Positions 51,007 through 64,000 of a DNA stretch of 64,000 nucleotides are shown piece by piece. This DNA comes from Camelus ferus (taxonomy: Eukaryota): contig NC_045697.1 in NCBI RefSeq assembly GCF_009834535.1, positions 77,378,001 through 77,442,000 of the forward strand, read 5' to 3'. A program made the position numbers and the translations under genes. How positions within the stretch are numbered: the stretch's first letter is position 1; each line of letters begins with the position of its first letter. Below the pieces are notes generated by a model. The model had not been told where the DNA came from, did not search any database, and saw nothing but the letters and a program-made list of their open reading frames with translations.

Positions 51007-52850
51007 ATGCAAACTTCCGCTGAATAATTATGAAATGATTCTAATAAAATGGGAGAAAGCTCAGGAAAGTTGAATGGCTGTTTAGTAATCTCAAATTTCA
51101 AATGAGATGTACAAAAGATATAAAGAAAGGAGAGTAGCCAAGGATGAATGTAGAAATTAGTAAATCTATTATAAAAGTGTCATAAATTAAGGCCCCAAAT
51201 AAATTAAGGATCAAAAAAAAAAATGGTAAAGTTGACCAGAAGGAAACGTAAGGCTTTTTTTTTGGTCAAAAATAACAAGGAAATAATAAGTCTGATGCTT
51301 AGAGATGATAAAGGAAAGTATATGAGAGAAGTAGCAGCATCATTTAACTCCTATTTTTCCTTCTCTCTTTCCCTTCCCTTTCTTTCCTTCTTTCCTTCCC
51401 TTTGGTTTTTAAACTGAATATGGAGAGCAAATTACAAAAAGTGAGAATCTTAGCCCAACGTAGATTAAGGAATAGTGAACTAACTCCAAGATGTTTAAAA
51501 TGAGGCCAGATAAATTATGTACCAGGGTGGTAACAGAATTTTCAGCTATAATCTCAGAGCTGCTGTTTGGTAGTCTTCAAAAAGTCATGACAAATAGGAG
51601 AGATAATGCAAGACCACAGATGGGTAACTTTCTTCTTTATTTTTAAAGGACCAGAGTGGATTCTGGAAATTATAGACAACTTGATTCATGTTTGCAGATT
51701 TTACAACAGATCATTAAAGGCTTGTTTTTGAGCATGCAGAAATGAATGCTATGGTCACTAGGAGCCAACAAATGTCAACCTAGGACAAAATTTGATAAGT
51801 TAATATGGTTTATTTTTTATAAGGTTACTAGGCAGATAGATCAAAGGGCTGCTTGAAAATTAAATAGCAGCTAGTTACCAGTGTTTGTCTTGACTTGTTG
51901 GAGTCATACGGGTTGCCTCCTCTCAAAAATGTCTAGAAATGGCTTTATATATTACGAAAAATTCTGTAGTGGAGTGCCCTTACTCTACTCAATTCAGCAT
52001 TTTTGTAAATAGACTTCTCAACTCTGCAGAGAACAAAATAAACAGAGCACCTTATGTTGGTGCATGTCAAACTTTTTTTTGGAATATTCCTAATGGAAAG
52101 GGAAAGTAAACATGTACATCTGGAGAAACCAGGGCAACTGTCCTAAGTGGCTGCTGGAAAAGAGATATTTCTCTGAATTACTCTGTCTTGATTAAAAACC
52201 ATGTGAATTTGCGTTCTACGCCATCATTTAAAAAAATATAAAATAATTCCCTCTCATTTCTTTAGGAAAGCCTGGCATTTCTGTGCCTTTGAACATCTTG
52301 GTGCAGAGTACCCAGAGGTGCTCTCCTTATTTTCACCCAGGTAGATTATAAAAGCTCCACATAGAATAGGGTAAAGGACAGAGACCTGTGGATTTCTACT
52401 AGAGACAATTTCATGCGGTGTGAAGCCATCAGGGAACACATTTATATGATAGACGAAGAAACCAAATCTTCAAAATTATCTTAAGAAGATGGCATATTAA
52501 AGTTAACAGGGATAAATGTAAAATTTTGAGTTTGGATTAGCATAAATACGGGTGTTCAAGTAAAAAAAAATCTGTGACTTTAGTTGAATAGTCATTCTAT
52601 GAAACAACAGAGTTATGTATGGTAGTTGCTAAAAATGCTAGCATTAAGTTACGCTAAGTAATATTTAGATCAAGGAAGGTAAGAGGCCCTCTGTACTCTG
52701 CCTTAATAGGCCATTTCTACAGGATCAGGTTTAATTTGGGGTGCGAGATCAAGAAGGACCCTGGTAACAACTGTGGACTATCTATAGAAAGGCAACTAAG
52801 ATCACCAGGCATCTGGAAACTTTATCATGCAGGAAAGGGTTAAGGACCTG
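51000..52850 (+). mobile_element. L3/CR1 LINE remnant
   Basis: Degenerate CR1 motifs such as GGTCACTAGGAGCCAACA, AACAGGGATAAATGTAAAATT and CCCTCTGTACTCTGCCTTAATAGGCC. Confidence 0.55.
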
Positions 52851-55049
52851 GAGCACAGACTGTGGGGAGACCTAGGAGCTTAGTGCTGGAGGCCTATGCT
52901 ATGGAGCATCTGGGTAGGTTGTTAAAATGGAGGCTCCTGGGCTCTACAGGTAGAAATTCCATCAGCAGCCTGGGGCCTTGGAAACTGCATTTTGACACTC
53001 AACCCATGGGAATGATGCAGGTGATGTAATGACTTTGAGAAACACTGTTCTTTGCAATGGATATAGAAGCAATTTTGGGATTACAAAGGAGGATGGCTCC
53101 ACATTAAAAACAAACAAACAACAATTTTTTCTGGCTAACAACCAGAGTCAGAAAACAGTGGAGTAAGCCATATTGTCATAAATTTACTCAGGACATTCCT
53201 GGGCATTCCAGAAGTCAGGAATGATGCAGAAGGCACACTGAAGGACATTGCAGACTAAAAGGTCAATGATCTGGGCTATAGCAGAAAGAAAGGAAAATCA
53301 ATAAAAGTGTATTCGTTAGTTTCAGTGGAATGAGAACACTAATATTTGTATTGAAAAAGGGGTCTCTTTTTGTTTAATTTATAAAAAATTGATATTGTAT
53401 GCAAATACCTGACTGTTGATTTGCTTAAACAGTGGAAAAATTAGGCTATGCACAATGGATAGGTTTGTGTTGTCCTCTTTTCATGCAGTTAATTTCAACT
53501 AAGTGGTTGGATGAGAGAGTCATTGTAATTTTTCTTCTCCTTCGTGTAGGATATAACACTGATGACTCATTCCTTAACTATTCAGGAAAAATGTTTTAAT
53601 GTATTATTTTGATATAATTTATCAACGTAGTTAAGTACTTACAGAAAAGCAGCAATTTTCCTATCATTGCCATTATTTTAATATATCATTTATTAAGTTG
53701 CTAGTTGTTTTTATCTTATGGAATTTCCCAAGTGTTTAACATTGTGACAGTAGCAAGGAGTTAAATTCTTGAAGTAATTACATAAATTTCCATTGATGTT
53801 GTGCTCCTTATCACATTCTCTGTGATTCCTATGAGCAAAGAAAGAAGGGTTAGGAGTACAGAAGAATTTTGAGAGAAAACATCTCAAAAAGCAAGATAGC
53901 AAGTCTGAAGGAAAATGGTGACCACCTGAATCCTATTACCTCCATGCATCCTTCCCTCCCAGAAGAGCCTATTAGTTTAACAAAAAATGCAAATAAAAAC
54001 ATACATGACCATATTTTTAGCATCAGTAGGAGATAGAGAATACCATGAACTTCAGATTGCCTGTAAGAGAAATAAACATCAAATTCCAACAGATGTCCTC
54101 CCATTGCTGCAAACTTAGGGGTTACAGAGAGCAAGAGAGGGAAGGCTTAAGAGACTGCAAGAAAGAGGAGAGCTGAGAGTACAGCTGAAGCCAAGACAAA
54201 AATCACACCCAGAAAATGAAAGACAGACACATGCAAATATACTGACCTCAGGTCTGGGACTTGGTAGTTCACAGCACGAGCTACAGGAAAGGGGCTTGAA
54301 AGTGAGTGGAATCAGAGTTGGAAGCCTGGGAAAAGCGTTGTTTCTAGGGGAGAAGGAGTTAAAGAAGTGTGGTACCCTTCAGAGACACGGCAAAAAGAGA
54401 AAGGAAAGAAGTCCGGGCGAGAGTTGCAGATTAAGGCAAATGCACTGACATCAATCATTTCATACATTTAACTGTAAAACAAAGACTGAAACAAAAATAG
54501 GTATATGGGTGGAAGGATAGTATGTGAGCATTGTACGTCCTGACAGAGTAGAAAGAATGCAACTAAGAAATGGGAGGAGAAGGAAGAGAGAAATAGGGGA
54601 GTAGGAAAGATAACTGCCTGCTATATAAATAATATGTGGGAGTCAAAGGATACAATTTAAGAATTACAGACCAGATAGTAAAATGTTAAGTAGGAAAAGA
54701 GATTCAAAGGCATTTTAAAAGACCCTTTAAAACAACAATAACAAAATGCATGCCTTCCTAAAACCCAAGGGGAATTAAGGGGGTAGGGGAAGCAAGACAC
54801 AAGGCACCAAATAGAGAAAGATGAAAACTATTCATCTTTAAAGACAAAGAAAAGCAGCTTCATGGCCTCCAGGCAAAAAGATCAAATTAGTTATAAAGTT
54901 AAGGAAATTAGGCTGCTATCAGACTTCTAAAAAGCCACATACAGAAGAGCTGCATTTTCAGAAAAATCAGAGCAAGAAAATGCAAGCCAAGAATCTTCTA
55001 CACAGTTATGCAGGCCTTTAAGGCTATGAAAGATAAAAAGCTGTTTTCC

Positions 55050-55520
55050 CTTTATCCTAAGAGGTTTAAACTTAGGGCTTGAAATGTAGTGTTGTAGTGT
55101 ATAAAACACTATATTTTGCACATGATTTTGTGGGTGAGGAATTTGCAAGAAGCTCTACTGGGTAGTTCATTTCTGATCCTCTGGTGTCAGCTGGGGTGGC
55201 TTGAGTTGAACGATATGCTTCTAATACAGTGGGAACCTGGGTTTAGCTGGGTCCCTCTCCTTCTCTGTAGTTTCGGGGCTCTGCCCATGGTCTCTCTAGC
55301 TGAGTTGTCAGACTGCTATGTGGTGATACAGGGATTCAACAGACCAACGCAGCAACTGATAGTCCTATTATAAGATACATCCATAACAGTGTATTCTGTT
55401 CTATAAATTCTATTGATCTAAAAAGTCACAATACAGTCCAGAATCAAGTGGGGAAGTAAATAGACCCCACCTCTCAGTGGAGATGTGTAAAAAATGTATG
55501 ACCATCTGCAATCCACCAAG
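55050..55520. mobile_element. MaLR (MLT-like) LTR remnant
   Basis: TTTTGTGGGTGAGGAATTTG...ATTCTATTG..AAAAGTCACA..CAGTCCAGAATCAAG..ATAGACCCCACCTCTCAGTGG. Confidence 0.6.
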
Positions 55521-56094
55521 TAGAACCTCCCACTAAGAAATTTTTAAAAGATCGTCCACTATTAACGCTTGAGTCAAAGCTAAAATCTAAGCAGAAATTT
55601 CAGAATTTCTGAAAAACATTGAGAATTTTAAAATCTACAAATAAAAATTGAGATACTTTTAAAGCAGTGATCAGCAAAAAATTCATGTGACACGTACATA
55701 AAGCCATAAAATACTACTTTGCATAACTATATGTAAAAAATTTAGAAAACCTAGATAACATGTATCATTTCATAGGAAATACAATTTACCAAATGGACCC
55801 AAGTGTTGATAGAAAGCTTAAGAAGAGCAGTTATAATAAAATTTTAAAAAGTTATTAAGAAGTGATCCCATAGAGGTCACTAGGCCCAGATAAGACAGGG
55901 GAATCCTGCAGAAAGAGACCTGATAGTCTTAGTGCTACTTAAATTGCTTCAGAGAAAATGAAGGAAAACTTCCAAATTCTTTTTACAAAGTGAGTATAAC
56001 ACTAATATCTAAATATGATAGAGGTAGTTTAAAAAGAAGAAAATTTCAGGTAAATATATCATGTAAGAATTTTTATTCCTTAGGTACCCAAAGG

Positions 56095-56187
56095 TGGGCC
56101 TTTTTTTTCAGTGGAGGTACTGGGGATTGAACCCAAGACCTCAAGCATGCTAGGCATGCACTCTACCACTGAGCTATACCCACTCCC
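56095..56187 (-). mobile_element. tRNA-Ala-derived SINE (vic-1-like)
   Basis: TGGAGGTACTGGGGATTGAACCCAAGACC...CTCTACCACTGAGCTATACCC. Confidence 0.85.
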
Positions 56188-56862
56188 ATATGTGAAAATA
56201 TTGATGCAAAAAATCCAAGATAAAATTTGAATTAACGAATTTCAACGCTACATTAAGAAAACATCATGACCAAGAAGGGTTTATAAAGAAATATGAGGAT
56301 AATTCAATGTTAGAAAATCTATTAATATAAACTACTATCATTAATACATTAATAGTTCTGAAAAAGCCTTTGAAAAAATTGAACACTCATTCCTAATAAA
56401 AGCTCTGAAGAAAGTAAAAATGGGTGGATACTTGCTTTATACATGATACTCACATCTCATAGATCATTGATTGGGAAATGTGAAACACCATTGATATGAT
56501 TAGGGTAGACATACATACATTTGATGTATATATACACATGTATATGTGTGTGTGTATATATACATGTATATATTCACACACATTCATATATAAAGCCAAC
56601 ATTTTACATAATATGAGAATACAGAGGTGCACCCATCAATGTCAGGAACAACAAAAGAATGCCTACTATCTCCACTATTACTTAAGATAGTACTGGAGAT
56701 ATTAACCAACTCAATTAGACATGAGAAAACAAAGATATAAAAATTGAAACAGAAAAAGAAGTACAGTTATCTCTATTTGTAGATGACAGGATAGTAATGC
56801 TAGAAAACCTAAAGAATTAGTAATAAAAACAACTCAAACAATAAAAGAAATCAGCATGATGG

Positions 56863-57640
56863 AGAGAATGTGGAGAAAAAGGAACCCTCCTACACTGTTG
56901 GTGGGAATGTAAGTTGGTGCAGCCACTATGGAGGACAATATGGAGGTTCCTTAAAAAACTGAAAACAGATTTACCTTATGATCCAACAATCCCATTCCTG
57001 GGCATGTATCTGGAGAAAATTGTAATTCAAAAAGACACATGCACCACAGTGTTTATAGCAGCACTGTTTACAATAGCCAAGACATGGAAGCAACCTAAAT
57101 GTTGTCCACAGATAATGTATAAAGAAGATGTGGTACATATATGGAATGGAATATTACTCAGCCATAAAAAAAGAATGAAATAATGCCATTTGCAGTAACA
57201 TGGATGGACTTGGAGATCATCATATTGAGTGAAGTAAGTCAGACAGAGAAAGACAAATGTCATATGATATCACTTATATGTGGAATTTAAAAATAATGAT
57301 ACAGATTCTATTTACAAACCCAAAACAAACTCACAGACATAGAAAACAAACTATGGTTACTAGAGGAGAAAGGGTGGGGAGGGGTAAATTAGGGGTTGGG
57401 AATTAACAGGCATGCATTACTATATATAAAATAGATAAACAACAAGGAAGGACCTAATGTATACCACAGGGAACTATATTTAATTTCTTGTAATGACATA
57501 TAATGGAAAAGAATCTGAAAAGAAAAAAAAAAATACATAGGTATATTTATAACTGAATCACTTTGCTGTATAACTGAATCACTTTGCTGTATACCTGAAA
57601 ATAACATTGTAAATCAACACTTCAATAAAAAATAAAAAAA
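56863..57640 (+). mobile_element. 5'-truncated L1 with poly(A) tail and TSD
   Basis: ORF 56914..57183 is the ORF2 C-terminus, followed by AATAAA and an A tail. The TSD is AAAGAAATCAGCATGATGG 56844-56862 / AAAGAAATCGGCAAGATGG 57641-57659. Confidence 0.9.
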
Positions 57641-58933
57641 AAAGAAATCGGCAAGATGGCAAGGTTAATAAAATTAACACACCAAAAGTAATAACTTTTG
57701 TATATGCAAATAATAACCAATATAGATATTTTGGAAAAGAAAACTGCTTACAAAAGCAAGAAATCTAAAATATTTGGAAATAAGTGAAATGTGAAATATT
57801 CAAAATCTGTATGAGGGAAAATTACTCCTGAAAGATATCAAACTAAATTTGAACAAAGAGAAAGACAACCCTTAGTCTTCTTTTAAACTGAAGTATAGCT
57901 GATTCACAGCATTGTTCCTGGTGTTCAGCAAAGTGATTCAGTTATATGTGTATATATTCTTTTTCATTATAGGTTATTACAAGATATTGAATATAGTTCC
58001 CTGTGCCCTTAATCATTGTTAGGATGTTCTAACATCATCAAAAGTATAAAAATACACCTTTTCATATTCTTTTTCATTATAGGCTATTATAAGATACTGA
58101 ATATAGTTCCCTGTGCTCTACAGTACCACCTTGTTGTTAATCTATTTTATATATAGTAGTTAGTATCTGCAAACTCCAAATATCTTTGAATACAGTCCTT
58201 TTACTATATACTCTCAGACTAAGGGGAAAGAACAACGCCCAAATGAATCTTGAACTCTTTTTTTTTTTTTTTTGGTTTGCTTTTTAGAGTATTATAGATG
58301 TAGCAATTCTAAAATTATTTCTTATGCACTGTGGGAATAAGTACATGAGTGAATGAGTTGATATTCTTGGAAAGCAGGATGATTGCTATGCAGGAAGATA
58401 CAAACATGGAATAGGGAAAGGCAAAGAAAAGCCTTGTGGGGTGGATTGGAATGTGGAATTGAAGGTATGAACTGATTATTTCATATCCATATCTCTATAG
58501 CTCTCTATCTCTGTCTATCTGTCTATCTCATCTATGTACATATGTGACCCCTGCCCCCACTTAGTTCTCCCTTCTGAACAGCTAGAAGCAACTGCACTCC
58601 AATAGTAATGAGCACACCTATCCCAAATCTTGCCTTCTAAATACTATACCACACTAAGAGGAACCAGAGTTCCTTGGAGAAAGAGAAATAGCCAACTTCA
58701 AGACTGGTAGGGAAGGCAAGATTTGAACCTGTAACGTCTTGTGCCAGAATATAAGGAAGTGCTCAGAAAAGTGATAGGGCAATGTCAAAAGCTCCCTTGA
58801 GTCTAGCTTGAAGGTTCTCCTCCTGACTAAATCTGGGAAAATTTAAGCATAAAACTAAAGACAGTAATAGTTTGTAATTCACTGAATAAAGTAGAAATCC
58901 ATGAGTCATTACTGATAATATAAGTAGACAGCA

Positions 58934-58995
58934 GTAGGTAGGTTGGTAGGTAGGTAGGTAGATGGATAGATAGATAGACAGACAGACAGACAGAT
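58934..58995. repeat. (GGTA)/(GATA)/(GACA) compound tetranucleotide repeat
   Basis: Seen directly in the sequence. Confidence 0.9.
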
Positions 58996-61904
58996 GAGAA
59001 GTGGGAGCTCTTCCTTACAGCAGAAAGCTGAATGATAAATCAGGAGTCCCATTTTGTAATCATCGTAGGATAGATTGGTTTGGGTGAGAATCATCAATAG
59101 ATGATAAACCCAGGGGAACCATTTGAGGAGGATCAGGATATTTGCATGGTTCTCTATATCTTCCCACAGATTGTTCATTATTGCAATGGGACAAAAAAAA
59201 AGCTACTATACAGTGGATGACCAGAACAATCCTTTGACAGGAGAGCAAAATGAACATCACTGATGGGGGACAACAGACATAACCTGCCTCTATATTCAAT
59301 TTCCTGAGAAGGACACAGTATCACTTACGTGGTAATTCTGGCTGAGGATGCAGTAGACTGAATCAAATCATGAGAAAAGAGCAGATAAACCCAAACTGAG
59401 GAACATTCTTGAAAATAATTGGCCTGTATTCTTTAAAAGTATGTCATTAAAGACAGCAGGAATTGTTCCAGATAAAGGAAGAACAAAGACTAAAAAACAG
59501 CTAAATGCAATATGTTAGCCTGGACTCTGAAGAGAAAAAAAGTATAAAGGACATTATTGAGGTAATTTATAAAGTTGGGATAAGGATGATTGATTAGGTA
59601 AAGTATTACACTAATATTAAATTTCTTAACCTTAGTAGCTGTACTGAGGTGATATAAGAGAAAAAAATCAGTATTTGTGCTCTTAGGAGATGCATATGTA
59701 CTGCTGCAGAGTAAAGGGGTGTGATGTATTATGACGTGTGCAACCCAAACTTCAATATATATTTGGAGAGAGCAAGAGATTGATGATGCAAATGTGGCAA
59801 AATGTCAACAGCTGGTGAATCTGGATAAAGGACATTTTAGATTTCACTTGCAACATTTTTGTGAGTTTGAAATTGTTTCAAATTAAAAAAGGCAAAAAAA
59901 GGAAAAGAAACATAAGCTAGTAGATCAAAGATTAGAATGAAGGTAGGAAATAGAAACTCAGCTAAAGCCTCACTTCTGAATTATAGATAGAAATCTGTTA
60001 TGAAACTATTTTCTTCAGGTTGTCAGAGCTTATGATTATCATCATTTTTCATATGTTTAACTTACACTGAAAAAGACGCCAGAACGTTAATAAATGTTAA
60101 GTGATTATATCAGGTTCCTCAGCTTGTTAAGGACAGACCAACATTTAAGGAGAAGTAGTGAAAATTGAAAATTGATTTTGGTATGAATGCAATTAAGGTG
60201 CATCTCTAGATAGAATTCAGTGGTGTGTGTATATTATTAGACTATTACTGCTTTAGGCAGGCATTTTTGGTATTTGTTTAAAGATGATCTATGCCATATG
60301 TCCAAACACACCACTTCTATAGCCAGGGTCCAAACAAAGCAGCTGATTCTCTTTCTTCTGAACAAATGGAGTAGTTTCCTTATCCCAGGAAAATACTTAC
60401 AAACTCAACATTCATTGAATTCTCTTTCCTTGGGACTCTTTCACCTCCCTGCCCACATTCTGCTGCCAATCCTGATATCCTTTTACCCTTAGCAGAATCT
60501 TATTTCACTTTAGCAATTTGCACATTAGTAAAATTGGACACCTAGGGTTCTAATTTTCAAAGCATTGCTCAAGGGGTGTATCCCAGCTTCTTGGCTTCTT
60601 TAAATATGCATGTGCATCTGTGTGTTCGTGCTTATGTGTGTGCATTACAGCCTGCTCATGGATAAAGTGGCCCTCTCGTACCCTCTTGGAATTCAAATAA
60701 AGTTCTTGATTTATGGCTACAAGTTTCTTCACTGTGGTCAAGCTTTAGAAGCCAAACTCTCAGAAGGAAGCAACCACGTCTGCCAATTTGCCAGATGTTT
60801 AATAAATGTTATGATGACCAAGGAAATTCTTTTGGAGAATAGTTTCATGGTTTTGATATCCACTAATGTATCTAACAAGTCTGAGCTAGGTTATTATCTT
60901 TTTACTCAATGGCAGTAAACAAAATCTGTACAAAGGATAATAAAAGATGCACATGTGGTACTGAGGTGTAAAGGGACATGATGTATTATGATGTGTGCGA
61001 CCTCTTCTTCAGTGTATATTTGGAGAGAGCAAGAGATTAATGATGCATGTGTGGCAAAATGTTAACAACTGGTGAATCTGGATAAAGGATATTTTGGAGT
61101 TATTTCCCCACCAAGGTCTTCTTATAGTGGAGACCACTATAAGTGGCCAAATATATCTTTATTATTTCAATTTTGATTGATTTTTCTTGCTGAGATTGAA
61201 TATCTGCTCATATATTTTGTTTGTTTATGGTTCTTCAGTGAATGGCTTATTTTTGGAACTTTCTGTTGGATTGGTGGTCTTTGCCTGCTTAATTTGTAAA
61301 AATATTTAAATACTACGGATAGTGACTGTAATCTGCTATATATATATCACAAAATTTCCTCCGTTGTTTTTTATATGTCTTTTTTAGCTTTTACATTGTT
61401 GTGTAGTTAAATCAGTCCATATTCACACTATTTCTAGCCTTATTACTGTGCTTAAAAAGGCCTCCCCATCCCCAAATTGCATATATATTCTCCAGATATT
61501 CTGTACTTATTATAGCAGTATTTTACTTTAAATTTTTTAATTTATATGCAATTTTAATGTATGGTATGTATGATGTGAAGTGGAGCACAGAATACAAAAT
61601 TTCAGTGAATTAGAATTATTTATTATTAATTATTAGAATAATAATTATCTTTTGAGAATTTAAAAATATTTCTTGGAACTTTACAATAAAAGGATAAGAC
61701 TATATATGTTTGAAATATAATACATTTATACTAAGAATTGGAAAAAATTATACAATTGGAAGACAAAAAATGTACTTTGTCTCTGGTTATTGCAAATCTA
61801 CACCATGGGACAAGTGTATGACAGATGTGTTGGCCATTTAGGTGAAAGACATTCTATACATTCTGAGTATTATTGGGGGTGGGAGTGCGATGATTTTTCC
61901 CTAG

Positions 61905-62068
61905 AGCAGAATTCTCAACCTTGAGTGTACATTGGAATCACCTGCTTTTAAATATGCTGATGCCAGCCCCCAGAGATTTTGATTTCACTGGTCTGGGCCT
62001 ACCTGTCTGGGATTTTAAAAGCTCCACAGGTGATTACATAATGCACAGCTGAGGATGAGACCACTGTC
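61905..62068. mobile_element. MER5A-like DNA transposon
   Basis: TTCTCAACCTTGAGTGTACATTGGAATCACCTG...AAAGCTCCACAGGTGATT...GAGACCACTG. Confidence 0.75.
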
Positions 62069-63099
62069 TTACAGCCTTTTAATGATGCCTCACTGATATG
62101 ATTTGCTAAAAGCTTAGCCATGATTCAAATAAAGTTGTCTCTAAATTTTGGTTTTAAAGCCTTCCCATCTCTGGGCTATAATCAGTTTAGATTATATAAT
62201 CAATTCAGATTACAGCCCAGAGAAGCCACTAGGACTTGGCATTGGGTTGAATATAATCTTCACTTCCTTCTAGGTCTATTGTGTAAACAATGGGTTTAAG
62301 AAATTTGAGAAAGTGATGTGCTAAAAAGTTTTCAGAATAATTTCCCACAAGGGAGGGAATTTACCTTAGAAGTTGTAAATTTATCTTAGAGGTATAACTA
62401 TAGAAGCTTATGTTAGAAGTTTAACTTTCTACTATGATTTCTTTGCAGACTCAAAATCAGAGACTTTTTTAAGAGCTTTGTAAAGCAAAACTTTAGCACA
62501 GGTGTGGCCATTTTTCATTTTCCTTTCTATAAAGTAATAGTGTACTAATTGTGGATTTTAGAGTGATTTTTATTTTCCGTATTTGTCAAGAATTTTTTTA
62601 CAATGAATACACATTACTTTTATCATCAGAAAACACACGTGTTATTTTTTAAGTTAAAATTTACCATTTATATGACCACAGCCCTATAAAAAAAGTAGGA
62701 AGAATGCATTCATTATAAGTTGTTGCCTTCAGATGGTAGGGACTTTGGGCAATAATTTTTTCCCTCTTGCTGTTTTGTTTTGTTTTTTCAATTTCCCAAA
62801 TTTTCTGGCATAATTATGTATTACTTCTATAAAGGAAAATTAATGTATCCTAAAGTAAAAATTAATAATGGGCTCATATAAATTAGCTAAATATTCTTAA
62901 TAACTTTCAAGTTGTAAAGCCAATACAACAGTAGCAATCTGTTAAAAGGATTTTATTTTAAACATTTTATTTGATTTAAATTCTTCACAATTTAAATCAT
63001 TGTATCCTTCTCAAGAGGGGGAGTCTATTTTCCCATCTTGATATTTTAATGCAAGGAGGTATTATGGTGAACCCTTTTGGTGTTTGTTTGTGTTTGTTT

Positions 63100-63535
63100 T
63101 TTTCTATTTTTTCCTCTCCCCTTCTTCAAGCCTTTTCTTCAAAGAAAGAGGAGCTACTAATGTGACTGGTGAAAGTCAGGCATCAATTGGCCCTGGTCCC
63201 AGGTAGCGTCCTCACAAACCGGAGACCCGCCCTCCCCCACTGCCCACCTCGTGAATTGGTTGGGACCAGATGTTTTCTGTGGCATCTGGTCTCGTGTGAT
63301 GTGCACACCCCGGCTGGGACAGAGGACAGGTTTACTTGTCTGTTCTGTGGCTGTGTGGATGACTACCGAGGCAGCTTGTGGTCTCCCGCAAACTCAATCT
63401 CTTTGTGGATCTAGTTCTTTGTTTGGGTGTCTCCCAAGGATAGAAGGAAGCATGAAGCCTCTTTTTGTCTTGAATCCAGTCATTGTTTGTTAATCAACCT
63501 TCACGTGGGCATCTTGTATGCTGAGATTTACTGCA
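63100..63535. mobile_element. ERV LTR-like fragment
   Basis: A GC-richer block in AT-rich DNA with LTR-like character. The family was not recognised. Confidence 0.35.
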
Positions 63536-64000
63536 CCTCCAATAATAAGACTGTCACCATGATCTCCATGTAGGTGTCAGTGGTTTGTGTTTATGGGCTT
63601 TTGGAGCAAAATCTGGAAGGGGAATAGAACAAGGAGCAGAGGAGAGGTAAATATTGGTACCCCCAGCCTCGCATACATTCTCATAGAAGCGTTTCACTCA
63701 GTGATATCCAGCAAACGTTTATGGGGTGCCTACCACGTGTAAAACTCTTTGCAGTGGACAAAGTCTGCAAAGAATTCGCAATCTAAAGTGTGCATAAGTG
63801 CCTGTCGGGGGAGTATGTGTGTGTCTGTTGTTCAAAGAAGCACCCAGGTAATTACAATGCAATGTGGTCAATGCTAGGAGACATATTAGCAAAGAGCAAT
63901 GAGAGCAGAGAGAACGGAGGACATTTGACTCCTCCACTCCTTAGCTAATGTCACACTTCCATTTTCAGCAGGAGATCTGACAACTGTGCTTGGCAGCACA

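Larger units (their letters stand above)
55560..59890 (+). mobile_element. Ancient L1M remnants hosting younger insertions
   Basis: A-rich degenerate ORF2 motifs (AAATATTGATGCAAAAA, GCCTTTGAAAAAATTGAACAC, CTCTATTTGTAGATGACA) and an L1MC-like 3' UTR. Confidence 0.65.

Noticed and set aside
48300..64000. EGF exons expected downstream of LRIT3 by synteny
   Set aside because: No EGF-like coding sequence or signal-peptide exon is visible, so the gene presumably starts beyond the window.
1..64000. CRISPR array, prokaryotic operon or other novel multi-gene system
   Set aside because: There are no regularly spaced repeat-spacer arrays. The content is accounted for by three known mammalian genes and interspersed repeats.

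Overview
This is eutherian mammalian genomic DNA, most likely camelid, because it carries four tRNA-Ala-derived vic-1-like SINEs. It covers the conserved GAR1-RRH-LRIT3 block, all on the + strand, followed by about 15 kb of repeat-rich intergenic DNA. I rebuilt every exon by hand from splice signals and frame continuity. GAR1 has 6 coding exons (1012-8447, 660 nt, 219 aa) behind a CpG-island promoter and contains a clear U12-type intron at 2872-3341. RRH/peropsin has 7 exons (12115-26886, 1014 nt, 337 aa) and is intact, with the retinal-binding Lys284. LRIT3 has 4 exons (29271-48258) but carries two apparent frameshifts. A +1 indel in exon 1 gives a TGA after 33 codons, and a -2 (or +1) indel near the end leaves the ancestral C-terminal 13 residues stranded in another frame. 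It is therefore either a recently inactivated night-vision gene or an assembly artefact. A strong-Kozak, in-frame ATG 4 nt after the premature stop could allow a signal-peptide-less product. The rest is L1, L2, L3, MIR, DNA-transposon, LTR and microsatellite sequence. I found no evidence of a wholly new multi-gene system. Comparisons with human proteins and repeat family names come from memory, not from a search.
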